From Ignavibacteriota bacterium (GTDB lineage: Bacteria > Bacteroidota > Ignavibacteria > UBA10030), in contig PLMK01000006.1 in assembly GCA_003142475.1 (NCBI GenBank), forward strand, positions 10,225 to 74,224: a DNA stretch of 64,000 bases, written 5' to 3'. Numbering within the stretch: position 1 is the first letter of the stretch; every line of letters starts with the position of its first letter. The notes below the pieces were generated by a model. That model made no database searches. It saw only the letters and a list, made by a program, of their open reading frames with translations, and had not been told where the DNA came from. This document shows, piece by piece, positions 28,973 to 38,784 of the stretch. The position numbers and the translations under genes were made by a program.

Positions 28973-31222
28973 TTAAATATTATTTTGATTCATTCGACGC
29001 ATCATTGCTATTGTTAAACCGCTAATAATCATCACGGAAGCAATCCACACGAGACTCATAAACGGCTTCACACTAATCTCAGCAATAAGAGTTTCAGGTT
29101 TTTGTATTCCCGTATGCATCATCCCTTTGACGTCAACCACATTAATTTGTACCTGTGACTTCTTTGTACCAGATGCCACGTTCATTGCCACAAGTTGAAA
29201 TCCAAGATGTCCATTCTTGAGATATGCTGTCTTCATCTCAAGATTTCCCTGTGTAGTATATGTTGTTGTTGGTACAATTTCCTGAACATCCTTTTCAGTT
29301 TTGATTTGAAGCACTGCGCCAATGGTGATAGAATTCTCTCCGCCCATCATGCCGCCTTTGCCATGCGCTCCCATATCAAATCTTTGGAAAGTAAGGGTAA
29401 TAGCACCGTAAATCTGTGGTTCATTTTTAACCAGAACAATCAGGTTCTGTTGATTTGTTTCTCCCTGCTCAATGGAAAGCGGCTCAAGATAGAAATCACC
29501 AGCCCACGAACTTACATAGTCTGGAATCCGCATCAGACTATTGTTGTAATTACTTTCGAACATTATTGGCTCGAGGAGTGAGAATTTACCATTGTATTCA
29601 ACGTTGATTGCATACTTTGTCTTCCCATCCTGCGCAGGTTTTGCACCGGTAAAATTCATTTGATAACCAAATGCAGACTTCGGCTGATTCAGTGGAAGCG
29701 CGATAGATTGTTTTTGTCCGTACCTGCCAGATGCGATGATGCCCAAAAATAGAATTGCCAATCCGACATGTGCGAGCGCTCCGCCGATAAAACGTGGTTG
29801 TTCCTTTGCAATTTGGTAACCATGACTGACACTGACAAAGAATGCGAAGAGCGATGTTAGTATGAGCAATGCAGCAAGAATATCATGCAAACCCATTATT
29901 ATGAAAATACCGAGAACGACAAAGGATAAGATGCCGGGAATAATAAGTTTTTTCATAAATAACGGTAGTTCTTCTTTGTTCCATTTTGTACGTAGACTGA
30001 GTCCGAGAAGTAACGTCATTAACACAGCAAGCGGAAGATTGGTACGATCGTAGAACGATGACTCAACCATAGAAGAATAAAAGAGCGGTTTGCTAGTTCC
30101 AAAAAGAATAACTGCTGCGCAGACTCCCATCACAATTGTGGCAATAGTGAGCATAGATTCGCGGTTGAACCATGCACTATGAGGGGTTGCGATTTTCAGT
30201 TCCTTCCACCGTAGAATAGTCATTCCAAATCCACAGAAGGCAATCACTCCTAACCATACGATAAGCAATGAATATGCAAACGTGCCGGGATCCACAAATG
30301 AGTGCACTGAAGCATTTGCAAGAATTCCACTGCGTGTTAAGAACGTACTATAAATAACAAGGAGATATGCCAGTACAGCAAGAATAAAGTTTGTGCGTGC
30401 AAGCTTGCCGGTGAACATCTGAATGAGCATTGTATGAATTAACATAATAGCAACCATCCAGGGAATGAGCGATGAATTCTCCACTGGATCCCAGCCCCAC
30501 CAACCACCCCAGCCCAGCACACCGTACGCCCAATAACCGCCGAGTATAAGACCGACACCAAGCGACATCGCACTGAAAAGTACCCAAGGCAAAGCATTAT
30601 GTAGCCACTTTTCGTACTTTTTCTGCCAGAGAGCGGCAATAGCGAGAACAAATGGAACTGCAAGTGAAGCAAATCCTAAAAACAATATTGGGGGATGGAT
30701 TATCATCCAAAAATTTTGCAATAATGGATTAAGTCCTTTGCCTTCCTGAGGAATAAATCCGGTTGGAACATTGTTCGCTGCTACATCCCAGATTAATTGA
30801 AACGGTGATTTAATTGCAATGAGCAGAAGAAGAAATGAAAGCACAAGCGAGTACGCCGCCATCGCCTCACTTTCTATACGTTCATGCAAGACAGTGCGCT
30901 GCAAAACAAATCCTATAACTGCGGCAAAAAACGCCCAGAGCAAAAAACTGCCTTCTTGTCCGGCCCAGAATGTCGTAATCAATAATTGTATGGGAAGATC
31001 GCGAGAGCTATAGTTTGCAATGTAATTGTACTCAAATCGATGCTGAAGAATGTATACCATAAGCAGTGCAGAAGCTGCGAAGACACCTATGAGGGAAATA
31101 AAAAAGCTTCCGCGCGCAACCAACAACAGCTTCTTTTTTGCTGTCGATATATAATAGAAGTAAGTTGATGCAAGCGTTGCTGCGAACGTAATCCAAATAA
31201 TAACCGAGCCTATCATTTTCAA
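28973..31222 (-). CDS. ccmF: Cytochrome c heme lyase, CcmF/NrfE family
   Basis: WAGQEGSFLLW, GLNPLLQNFWMIIHPP, WWD motif WGGWWGWDPVENSSLIPW, TFLTRSGIL..SVHSF, LAHVG. Confidence 0.9.
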   Translation of the reverse strand: MKMIGSVIIWITFAATLASTYFYYISTAKKKLLLVARGSFFISLIGVFAASALLMVYILQHRFEYNYIANYSSRDLPIQLLITTFWAGQEGSFLLWAFFAAVIGFVLQRTVLHERIESEAMAAYSLVLSFLLLLIAIKSPFQLIWDVAANNVPTGFIPQEGKGLNPLLQNFWMIIHPPILFLGFASLAVPFVLAIAALWQKKYEKWLHNALPWVLFSAMSLGVGLILGGYWAYGVLGWGGWWGWDPVENSSLIPWMVAIMLIHTMLIQMFTGKLARTNFILAVLAYLLVIYSTFLTRSGILANASVHSFVDPGTFAYSLLIVWLGVIAFCGFGMTILRWKELKIATPHSAWFNRESMLTIATIVMGVCAAVILFGTSKPLFYSSMVESSFYDRTNLPLAVLMTLLLGLSLRTKWNKEELPLFMKKLIIPGILSFVVLGIFIIMGLHDILAALLILTSLFAFFVSVSHGYQIAKEQPRFIGGALAHVGLAILFLGIIASGRYGQKQSIALPLNQPKSAFGYQMNFTGAKPAQDGKTKYAINVEYNGKFSLLEPIMFESNYNNSLMRIPDYVSSWAGDFYLEPLSIEQGETNQQNLIVLVKNEPQIYGAITLTFQRFDMGAHGKGGMMGGENSITIGAVLQIKTEKDVQEIVPTTTYTTQGNLEMKTAYLKNGHLGFQLVAMNVASGTKKSQVQINVVDVKGMMHTGIQKPETLIAEISVKPFMSLVWIASVMIISGLTIAMMRRMNQNNI

Positions 31223-31314
31223 TCCTTCAATAGAGAGTTATCAATCACTGTTGGTTTACAACAAAAGAGAATACTCAAAGGTTTCATCACAAGGAATAGA
31301 CGGAATAAAACAAC

Positions 31315-31340
31315 AGTGCGGGAGTTCTGGCTCCCGCACT
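31315..31340 (-). terminator. Intrinsic terminator after the last cytochrome gene
   Basis: agtgcgggag/ctcccgcact 10-bp stem with U-rich tail on the minus strand. Confidence 0.7.
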
Positions 31341-31386
31341 TGTTAAGACAATGGATAATAACGCTTGGGTATTGTTACACCTGCAT

Positions 31387-32670
31387 TTACTTGTTGAGAT
31401 CTGCAATAGAATTATCCAAAAGAGCTTTAACATATTTATAGTTATGAATACCATGACTCTTTTCATATTGAATCTGTTGCAGGTTCCACAATGCACTAGC
31501 CTTGGAAGCCGGAAAAATTACTAACGGTTGTAAGGATGACGCATTAGCGGACCACGTGGAATCACCTGTGACCGCGCTGGCCGTCAGCGTTACCCATGGA
31601 ACAGCTTTTCCACTTTGTGGAAGCGACCACTTCTTCGTTATCGTTGTATCCATCATCATGCTAGCCAATTGTGATGTCTTTGCAATGATTTCATTGCGAA
31701 CCTGTGCCCAATGTGGATCGCTGGCATTGCTTGTTGAAACAGGACTAGAAGAATGACACCCGGTCACATTGCAGCCGTTTACATTGTACGATGGGCTTGT
31801 TGATCCAGAAGCAAGATATCTGACCCAGAATGTATGTCCGCCGTTTTGATTGCTGCTATTAACGGTCGCCATATGGCAATCCTCGCAACCGAGAGTACGC
31901 ATGCCGACCAATGTAGTATGATAGGAATTGTTGTACGGAGTAGGACCTGGAATTTCAACTCCGCCAAAACCTAAAAGAGTTTGTGTCGGTTCACCTGATA
32001 CGTGGTTATTCCATCTGGACGTATAGATCTTTGCTGTATCAGTAGTATTCGTCTTTGATGGATCGGGCTGCCACGATGCTGGTGTCGTGCCGGACTTCCA
32101 CATAAACGTGGAAGTCATACGTGGTTGATGGCACTTCACACATAGATTGGATGCATTACTACTATTCCATTGTTTCGTTGTTTGTCCTGCAACAAGTGTA
32201 AAAATATTCACTACACTGGAGTCACGCACAGTAAAATTAGCACGGCTATGTGGTGAATGGCAAGTAAAACAACCGGGAGGCGAAGCATTAGGATAACCTT
32301 GGTTACAAATTGGTCCGGATGGAGCAATTGGATTGAATGTTTCATTCGTAAAACCTTTGCTATAGCGTTCTAAGAAACCTTCATTCGTATGACAGCCAGC
32401 GCAATCAAATGAATTGCGAGCGAAATTACCGCCCTCAAAATGACTGGAGGCTTCATATTGAACTTCTTTAGTAAGTACACGATATGTTGTATCCAGATCT
32501 GGATTGTGGCAGGTCGCGCATTTAATACCGGGCGCAAAACCCTCGAGGGTGCTCTCTGAAGCATCTTTACCAGCAGGACCAGTAGGACCTTCTTTACAGC
32601 CAGACATAGCCGCAATTACAAAGATACCTATCCCCAAGATAGTAATACCCCAAAATATTTTTTTCACCAT
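31387..32670 (-). CDS. Multiheme c-type cytochrome lipoprotein (5 CXXCH + 1 CX4CH)
   Basis: Lipobox MSGC followed by GPTGPAGKD; CATCH, CAGCH, CFTCH, CVKCH, CEDCH, CNVTGCH; C-terminal EKSHGIHN. Confidence 0.9.
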   Translation of the reverse strand: MVKKIFWGITILGIGIFVIAAMSGCKEGPTGPAGKDASESTLEGFAPGIKCATCHNPDLDTTYRVLTKEVQYEASSHFEGGNFARNSFDCAGCHTNEGFLERYSKGFTNETFNPIAPSGPICNQGYPNASPPGCFTCHSPHSRANFTVRDSSVVNIFTLVAGQTTKQWNSSNASNLCVKCHQPRMTSTFMWKSGTTPASWQPDPSKTNTTDTAKIYTSRWNNHVSGEPTQTLLGFGGVEIPGPTPYNNSYHTTLVGMRTLGCEDCHMATVNSSNQNGGHTFWVRYLASGSTSPSYNVNGCNVTGCHSSSPVSTSNASDPHWAQVRNEIIAKTSQLASMMMDTTITKKWSLPQSGKAVPWVTLTASAVTGDSTWSANASSLQPLVIFPASKASALWNLQQIQYEKSHGIHNYKYVKALLDNSIADLNK

Positions 32671-32765
32671 AAAAACGCCTTTAGGCTAAAGTAAATAGTT
32701 AATTTTAGTAATTTTTATATTTTTGGGTTTTCGTTTTAAATATCTTATGAATTCTTTCAGTTTTA

Positions 32766-33656
32766 TTATCGAAAATTAAGCACTACTCCACCGGCAAGAT
32801 CAATTTTTCCGTTTATATGCTTTGCTTTGTTTTTAATATTGCCTGAAGCATCCATCACATCTCCATGACATGTATAACATATCGTCAAAGCGGAAGGTTT
32901 ATGACCATTCGGTGGCAAAGTATGACAAGTGGTCGTACTGCCGCAACTTTTTTCTACTGGACCACCATTCCAGCGAGGTGCATAACTAGCACCGGTCATT
33001 ATACTAGTGGTAAACATCGTGGTATCAGGCGAACCTACTTTTGGAAGACGCCACGCTCCATGGCAGAATGTATTCGTGCATGTCATAGAACTTGGATCAT
33101 ATGTCGGGGTAGGTGTTATACCACTGCTTGTGAGATTAGCCAAGGGATCATTCAGAATAACTTCTGCACGTCCATCTGCACTGATATGAGCTGGATCATA
33201 AATACTCGTCGGCATGTGATGGCACGCATCGCATAACATACTATGGGATGAATAGGTCCCGTTGCCGATAAAATGGATTTGATGAGCTCCTACACCATGG
33301 GCTGTATATGAAGTGCTTCCATCGAGAGCCGGTGCGGGGGGCATGCCATGACAGGTTGCACAATTTTGCGGACCACCAGGTGCTGTATGGCAAATATTGC
33401 ATGATTTTCCTGATATCCCTCCAGTATAGTCAGCACCATGACAAGATTGGCAGACGTGCATATCCCAATTATTATTTTGGATCGCTTTGCCATGAAAATT
33501 GGCAGAAGTAGTATCCGTCCACCCTTGTACATGAATTTGCAACTCATCACTCTCTTCTGTCGGCAAATCCTTCTTCAAATCGCTGCATGAGCTAAGGAAA
33601 AGAATAAGCACAAGAGTTGTAAAAATCGAGATTATATAGTGTCTCTTCATATTCAA
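32766..33656 (-). CDS. Multiheme lipoprotein of the CxxxxCH...CxxCH type (5 CXXCH + CX4CH + CX5CH)
   Basis: Lipobox LSSC; CQSCH, CNICH, CATCH, CDACH, CTNTFCH, CGSTTTCH, CYTCH; HINGKID tail. Confidence 0.9.
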   Translation of the reverse strand: MNMKRHYIISIFTTLVLILFLSSCSDLKKDLPTEESDELQIHVQGWTDTTSANFHGKAIQNNNWDMHVCQSCHGADYTGGISGKSCNICHTAPGGPQNCATCHGMPPAPALDGSTSYTAHGVGAHQIHFIGNGTYSSHSMLCDACHHMPTSIYDPAHISADGRAEVILNDPLANLTSSGITPTPTYDPSSMTCTNTFCHGAWRLPKVGSPDTTMFTTSIMTGASYAPRWNGGPVEKSCGSTTTCHTLPPNGHKPSALTICYTCHGDVMDASGNIKNKAKHINGKIDLAGGVVLNFR

Positions 33657-33665
33657 TTCGCTCTA

Positions 33666-34877
33666 TTATCGGTGTTGATGGCAATAACCGCAAAATTTTT
33701 GTCCTCTAACACCACTTGGCCGCGCATTGGAATCTGTATGGCACATATAGCATGTCGCACCAGGATCATCATGCCAGCTCCCATGATTACCGGACATAAA
33801 TCCGGGGTCATGAGTTTTTGGATCTGTACCTTTGATGCCGTCAGGATCGTTATGACACGTGATGCATACCGGATCGGTGCCTTCTGAGCCATGACATGCT
33901 GCACACGACTCAATGTCACGTCTTGCCAAGCGGGCATGTTCACCGCCGCCGCTTCCAACTCCTAGCGTTGTAAATCCAGCTACTGCATGTGATGCCGGCT
34001 TGAATGCACTTTGATTTATATTGCCTCCGGCTTCATGACATGTTGAACAATATTTTTCTGAGCTGTGGCAAGTTTGACATTCCAATGCCTTACCCTTTGC
34101 GGCAATACCATGTGTGAAGCGGAAATTCAAATCGTGTATTTTTGTCAAACGCATTTCTTGTCCTCGATCGATTGCTGTGAGACGCGGCGATCGTTGTGAT
34201 GTAAGATTGCGTCCCGGCACATCTACTTTTATTAATTCCGATCCGTTGTGACAATCGATACAGGTTTCTTGCGAGTGGCAAACGCCGCACTTGGCATCAC
34301 CAAGCCGCGCTAATCGTTTATGTTCATGGATAAAATTTGTACGATTGTGCTCTACAGGACGCAGCGACGCAAAATTGGTATGGCACTTCTCACATGCACC
34401 TGTTGCTTTCGTATCGTTGTGGCAGGAGTTGCATGTTGCCATTGCAGGTACAAGTTCTCCGGTTGCAACACCGGCTTTATCGAGAACAGTATGACATGTT
34501 TCGCATGTTACTTTTTGATCTTCCACATGCTGTTGATGTGAGAACATCAGTTCGCGTATAGGATTTAGTGTCGCTGTATATATTGTAGAATCCGAATTCA
34601 GATGACAATAAGTGCAATTATTCTTCAATGGTTCTTCATGGCAGCTCTTGCAAGCTTCCATCTTCGCAAGAAGATTATCGGATGCTTTTGTGCTCTTTGA
34701 TGCGTCGGTATGGCAATCTATACAGGCGACGCCGGCTTCGCTCACATGGAATTGATGCGAAAATTTTACACCCTTCTGATGTTTATCACCATCGGTTTGT
34801 TCATGTGGTACCAATGCACCGGTGAAGGTAAAAAGCAATGTCAGCACTACGCTGATGAGAAGAAATCCATGCTTCAT
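33666..34877 (-). CDS. Periplasmic 14-heme cytochrome c
   Basis: Signal peptide; 14 CXXCH motifs counted; FSHxxH c3/c7-type ligand motif twice. Confidence 0.92.
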   Translation of the reverse strand: MKHGFLLISVVLTLLFTFTGALVPHEQTDGDKHQKGVKFSHQFHVSEAGVACIDCHTDASKSTKASDNLLAKMEACKSCHEEPLKNNCTYCHLNSDSTIYTATLNPIRELMFSHQQHVEDQKVTCETCHTVLDKAGVATGELVPAMATCNSCHNDTKATGACEKCHTNFASLRPVEHNRTNFIHEHKRLARLGDAKCGVCHSQETCIDCHNGSELIKVDVPGRNLTSQRSPRLTAIDRGQEMRLTKIHDLNFRFTHGIAAKGKALECQTCHSSEKYCSTCHEAGGNINQSAFKPASHAVAGFTTLGVGSGGGEHARLARRDIESCAACHGSEGTDPVCITCHNDPDGIKGTDPKTHDPGFMSGNHGSWHDDPGATCYMCHTDSNARPSGVRGQKFCGYCHQHR

Positions 34878-34917
34878 AATAATTGACGTGTTCTTTCGAT
34901 TTGTTGGTATGGTAATC

Positions 34918-36216
34918 TCAGAAAATGTTCAAACGTTCGCCTAAATAATAACTGCCTCGTAAAAAGAGGCGCACATCATTGTTATAAATTTTATTTTGGA
35001 TCCACTGTACCTGCGCATCCAGCGAAAGGGCCGGAATTGGGCGGTACACCGCTCCGACAGCACCGCTTAGAGCATCTGTTATTGGTGCATTGCTGTTTAA
35101 TTTATAGTGTGCATACCCCGCTACAATAGTCGGTGTAAGTTTATTATCAAATAATGGATAACCCGCATTCATAGAAAACGCTGCTAATTCTCCGCCATAA
35201 CCGGTGTTCCAGCTAAAACTTGCCGAGGCGTACTTTATATTGCAGCCAAGTGTAACTTGATTGGAATTGTCATCACCGTATGAAACGGCACCGAACTTCC
35301 CAAATACTTGCCAGTCCTTGCAGATTGCGTATTCGGCGCCAAGTTCATATTCGCTTATCGTGTTATAAGCAAATACCCAGAATATGGAATTATATGAAAG
35401 ATGCGGTTCGCGGTGGATATATTCACCTGTAAGCGAAAACGGTTCCGTTACCCTTACTCGTGTAAAGAATTGAATTCGTGAAAATATTTCCTGATTTAAA
35501 TCGAAATCGCTTCGAGCATATGCAGAGATCATGTCGTAGTCAATGCTGATGTCTCCGCTAATATATTGTTCGGCCGTCGCACTTGGAGATATCTCTGTTA
35601 TAACGGGATTGAAAAGGGAGTCTTTTCTGAGCGCCCAGTACGTTTCAGGTTTAATATTTTTCTGCATATAGCTCAATGATACACGTGCAAAGTCCATCGG
35701 CATACCAATCAACTGTGCGCCGAACATATTATTATTTTTCTGATCACTAATCATCTCAAATTTTTGTCCGGGAGATGGCAGAGCACCATAATAACCGAAC
35801 ACCTTCAATCTTGAATCAAGCAATCGGATTGAAGCGATGCCGCCATCGATTGTGCCGTTACCAACGCCTGCAAAGATCGCTTGACGACCGAGACTGATAT
35901 CGACCATTTCAAATAAGTTTGCGTAATTCAAATAAAAATTATAGAACCGAATTGTACCTTCATTTTTTAACGGACCGGCAAAATCGTTAAACCCTTGCAG
36001 ATACGTATGAAACGAAAGATGCTCACCTGCCAACGCGAGCTGTACTGTCTGGTATCCGAACAGGTGGTTGGATGATTGACCTACTGTATCTTGTTGCTGC
36101 CACGCAGAGGCGGAAGAGACAAGTCGCAATTGAAAAAATTGAGCCGATGTTTCACAGAAAAGAAAAATGAACATCGCCAACATCATTAAAATGCTGCGCT
36201 GCATTGGATGTTTCAT
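34918..36216 (-). CDS. Putative outer membrane beta-barrel (porin of a porin-cytochrome complex)
   Basis: Signal peptide; alternating aromatic/polar strands, DISLGRQ motif, no TM helices, terminal Phe; lies between cytochrome genes. Confidence 0.75.
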   Translation of the reverse strand: MKHPMQRSILMMLAMFIFLFCETSAQFFQLRLVSSASAWQQQDTVGQSSNHLFGYQTVQLALAGEHLSFHTYLQGFNDFAGPLKNEGTIRFYNFYLNYANLFEMVDISLGRQAIFAGVGNGTIDGGIASIRLLDSRLKVFGYYGALPSPGQKFEMISDQKNNNMFGAQLIGMPMDFARVSLSYMQKNIKPETYWALRKDSLFNPVITEISPSATAEQYISGDISIDYDMISAYARSDFDLNQEIFSRIQFFTRVRVTEPFSLTGEYIHREPHLSYNSIFWVFAYNTISEYELGAEYAICKDWQVFGKFGAVSYGDDNSNQVTLGCNIKYASASFSWNTGYGGELAAFSMNAGYPLFDNKLTPTIVAGYAHYKLNSNAPITDALSGAVGAVYRPIPALSLDAQVQWIQNKIYNNDVRLFLRGSYYLGERLNIF

Positions 36217-36326
36217 TGGTCGTCTATTATATGTGGTCGTGAATATACAAAACGCAAATAATTGAGCGCCTCAGTCTATTATTTCCAAGACGCCCGACCA
36301 AACAATTGGAATATTTATTCCAGCTA

Positions 36327-36845
36327 TTATCCTTTGGGAATTGGATGCTTAATCTTTGCCCACATTTCATCAAATTTAAAGGGCTTATAGGATGGACTTT
36401 TCTCGTTGTGGCATGTCTTGCATTTTTTTTCAATCGCTCCCTTATCTTTGAATTCCATTAAGCCCGCAGTAATTGCTTTTGCGTTATCTTTCATAATTGA
36501 AAAAGCCTTGTATGCTGAACCCGCACCGTGGCAAGTTTCGCATTGCACTCCATCGGCAGTGAGCTTAGTATCAGCTGTAATGGCATGGCACTCGAGGCAT
36601 TCAGGTGATTCATTTGCCGCCTTTTTCAATCCCCTTGCCTTAGTAATTTCGGCTGCTTTAGTCTCAGTTAAAGTTTTATAAGCTTCGGCGTGTTTGCTCT
36701 TCTGCCAAATTTCGAATTGTGCACCTTTCTTTTCGCCTTTATGGCACATACCACACATTTTAGCTCCAATATACTTGTTCTGGGCAAATGTGGAAAGTGA
36801 AAGCAGGAACAAAGTCGCAAGAAGAAATGTAATCGCCTTCTGCAT
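36327..36845 (-). CDS. Periplasmic tetraheme cytochrome c554-like protein
   Basis: Signal peptide; YIGAKMCGMCH, WQKSKHAEAY, CLECH, GVQCETCHGAGS, CKTCH. Confidence 0.88.
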   Translation of the reverse strand: MQKAITFLLATLFLLSLSTFAQNKYIGAKMCGMCHKGEKKGAQFEIWQKSKHAEAYKTLTETKAAEITKARGLKKAANESPECLECHAITADTKLTADGVQCETCHGAGSAYKAFSIMKDNAKAITAGLMEFKDKGAIEKKCKTCHNEKSPSYKPFKFDEMWAKIKHPIPKG

Positions 36846-37074
36846 ATGAGACTCTCCTTTTATTTAATTCTTAATTAATAATAATATTTGCTAATGATGA
36901 CAGGAATTGTTTTTTCTACGTTCAGCCGGCGTGCATATACGTATAAATATGGTAAAAATAAATGTAGAAAACACCAACTTAAAATCCGTAAATTTGCCAT
37001 AACCTAATATACATATTAGTTTCTCTTCGATCACAATCTTCCCTAATTATTATCGTTTATAAAACCAAATTTAA

Positions 37075-38583
37075 CTACTCTTCTGCGTTATGGCAGTCGC
37101 TACAATTTATTTCTTTCCATGAATCTCCGATGTCTACAGGATGTTGGTATTGGACACCATCCAGCGAAACACTGTTTTCTCCTTTTCCAAAACTCTGAGC
37201 AAGAATTGTATGACAAACAGAACATTCGTTCGTGAGGATTTTCCCATCTTCTCTAATATGTTTATTATCATGGCATCGGAAACAACCTTTATAAAAAAGG
37301 TGACCAATATTGTTTGGAAAATGTCGCCATGTGACAGCCATTGTTGGAAAGTAATTTCGCGCATAAAACTTTTGGACTGTTGAAACCATCTGGCTAATTG
37401 CTGCGCTTTTTTCTGAAGCAACCTGAGGATAATTCGTTTTGTAATATCCTTCAATCGCAAGCCGGATACTATCCTGTGCGACATTTGAAGAAGAATATGT
37501 TTGATCAAGTGCCTTGACAGCAATGCTTTTTGCATATGGTAACTTTGAATCTATCAATCCGGCTGATATAACATGATCTACCGTCGGTACCGGGGGATGA
37601 TAGATGTGCGAGGGACGATTATGACAATCGATGCAATCCATCGTGCGTTTTTCTAACAATGCTAACGAATCTTCGGTGATAGGATTTTCGAGGTTGCGAT
37701 AGATATGTTCAGTTCCGTCTTTTTTACTTTTTACTTTAATCCATGGAATAATTTGACGCTGCCTATCTGCCGGTGCGTACGTAATTGCATTTGCAATATT
37801 CATGTTCCAATGAATACCTCCCGAAAGTCCGGTTTCTTCGTTTCCCCCGCCAACTTTGATAAGTAAATCCAAATTCCATCGTGTATTGGTTTCATCAGAG
37901 AGAAAATACGATTTCGATACACGCATTTCGCTAAAGAAATGCTTCGGCCAATGACATTGCTCGCATGTTTCTTGTGCTGGTCGAAGATTCTCGATTGGTG
38001 TGGCAATAGGGCGTGAATATTTATTGAAGATAGTGGAATACACCTGATATGCGCCGGAGAGCTTAGAGCGTACAAACCATCCAGCACCGGGACCTATGTG
38101 GCATTTTGCACAACCGACATGCGCATGTGGCGAACTGTTATAAGCTGTATATTCCGGCTCCATAACTTTATGGCACATAGTTCCACAGAATTCATCGGAA
38201 TCAGTATACTCGTAAGCTTTGAAACTGCCGAAGGCTGAGAAAATTAAGAGCAGCAATGCACCAAATGAAAACCAAAAGAACGCATTCCGTTGCTTTGGAT
38301 CATTTAAATCAATACGTGGTAATTTGAGATCTTGCGGCAGTCCTTGTTTCTCACGTCTGTGCTCACGCCAAATACCATAGAACACAAGTATAAGTCCAAA
38401 GAGAACGAATATTGGAAGAATAATAAATGTAAGAATGCCTATGTAGGGTTTCTGCTCTCCTTCAAACAGATCAAGGACAGTCAAGAAGAGCACAAGTCCG
38501 AAACTCACCGATGCAATTGCCGCACCGATCAGTGTCCGCAAATTATAAAATGCCGGCGGGAAAATGCGCTTCATATATTTCAT
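37075..38583 (-). CDS. NapC/NirT-like membrane-anchored multiheme cytochrome (6 CXXCH + 1 CX3CH), putative quinol dehydrogenase
   Basis: Three N-terminal TM helices; YTDSDEFCGTMCHKVMEPEY...SPHAHVGCAKCHIG NapC-like core, then CEQCH, CIDCH, CFRCH, CSVCH, CSDCH. Confidence 0.88.
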   Translation of the reverse strand: MKYMKRIFPPAFYNLRTLIGAAIASVSFGLVLFLTVLDLFEGEQKPYIGILTFIILPIFVLFGLILVFYGIWREHRREKQGLPQDLKLPRIDLNDPKQRNAFFWFSFGALLLLIFSAFGSFKAYEYTDSDEFCGTMCHKVMEPEYTAYNSSPHAHVGCAKCHIGPGAGWFVRSKLSGAYQVYSTIFNKYSRPIATPIENLRPAQETCEQCHWPKHFFSEMRVSKSYFLSDETNTRWNLDLLIKVGGGNEETGLSGGIHWNMNIANAITYAPADRQRQIIPWIKVKSKKDGTEHIYRNLENPITEDSLALLEKRTMDCIDCHNRPSHIYHPPVPTVDHVISAGLIDSKLPYAKSIAVKALDQTYSSSNVAQDSIRLAIEGYYKTNYPQVASEKSAAISQMVSTVQKFYARNYFPTMAVTWRHFPNNIGHLFYKGCFRCHDNKHIREDGKILTNECSVCHTILAQSFGKGENSVSLDGVQYQHPVDIGDSWKEINCSDCHNAEE

Positions 38584-38784
38584 CCTCTATTCGATGCACG
38601 ATGATAAGCATATTTTTCTGATTGCTTGTTGGTGATATTTCATTTTGTATTCTTTTCAGAATCTACGCTGATCATCACGTTACTTTCTTTTAGCTTCTTA
38701 CACTTTATTGTCTCCAACTCCGATAAATATTTGTCTACTATTTCAGCTACGAGGATTGTGACTTTGAGCCAAACAGATAGATAT

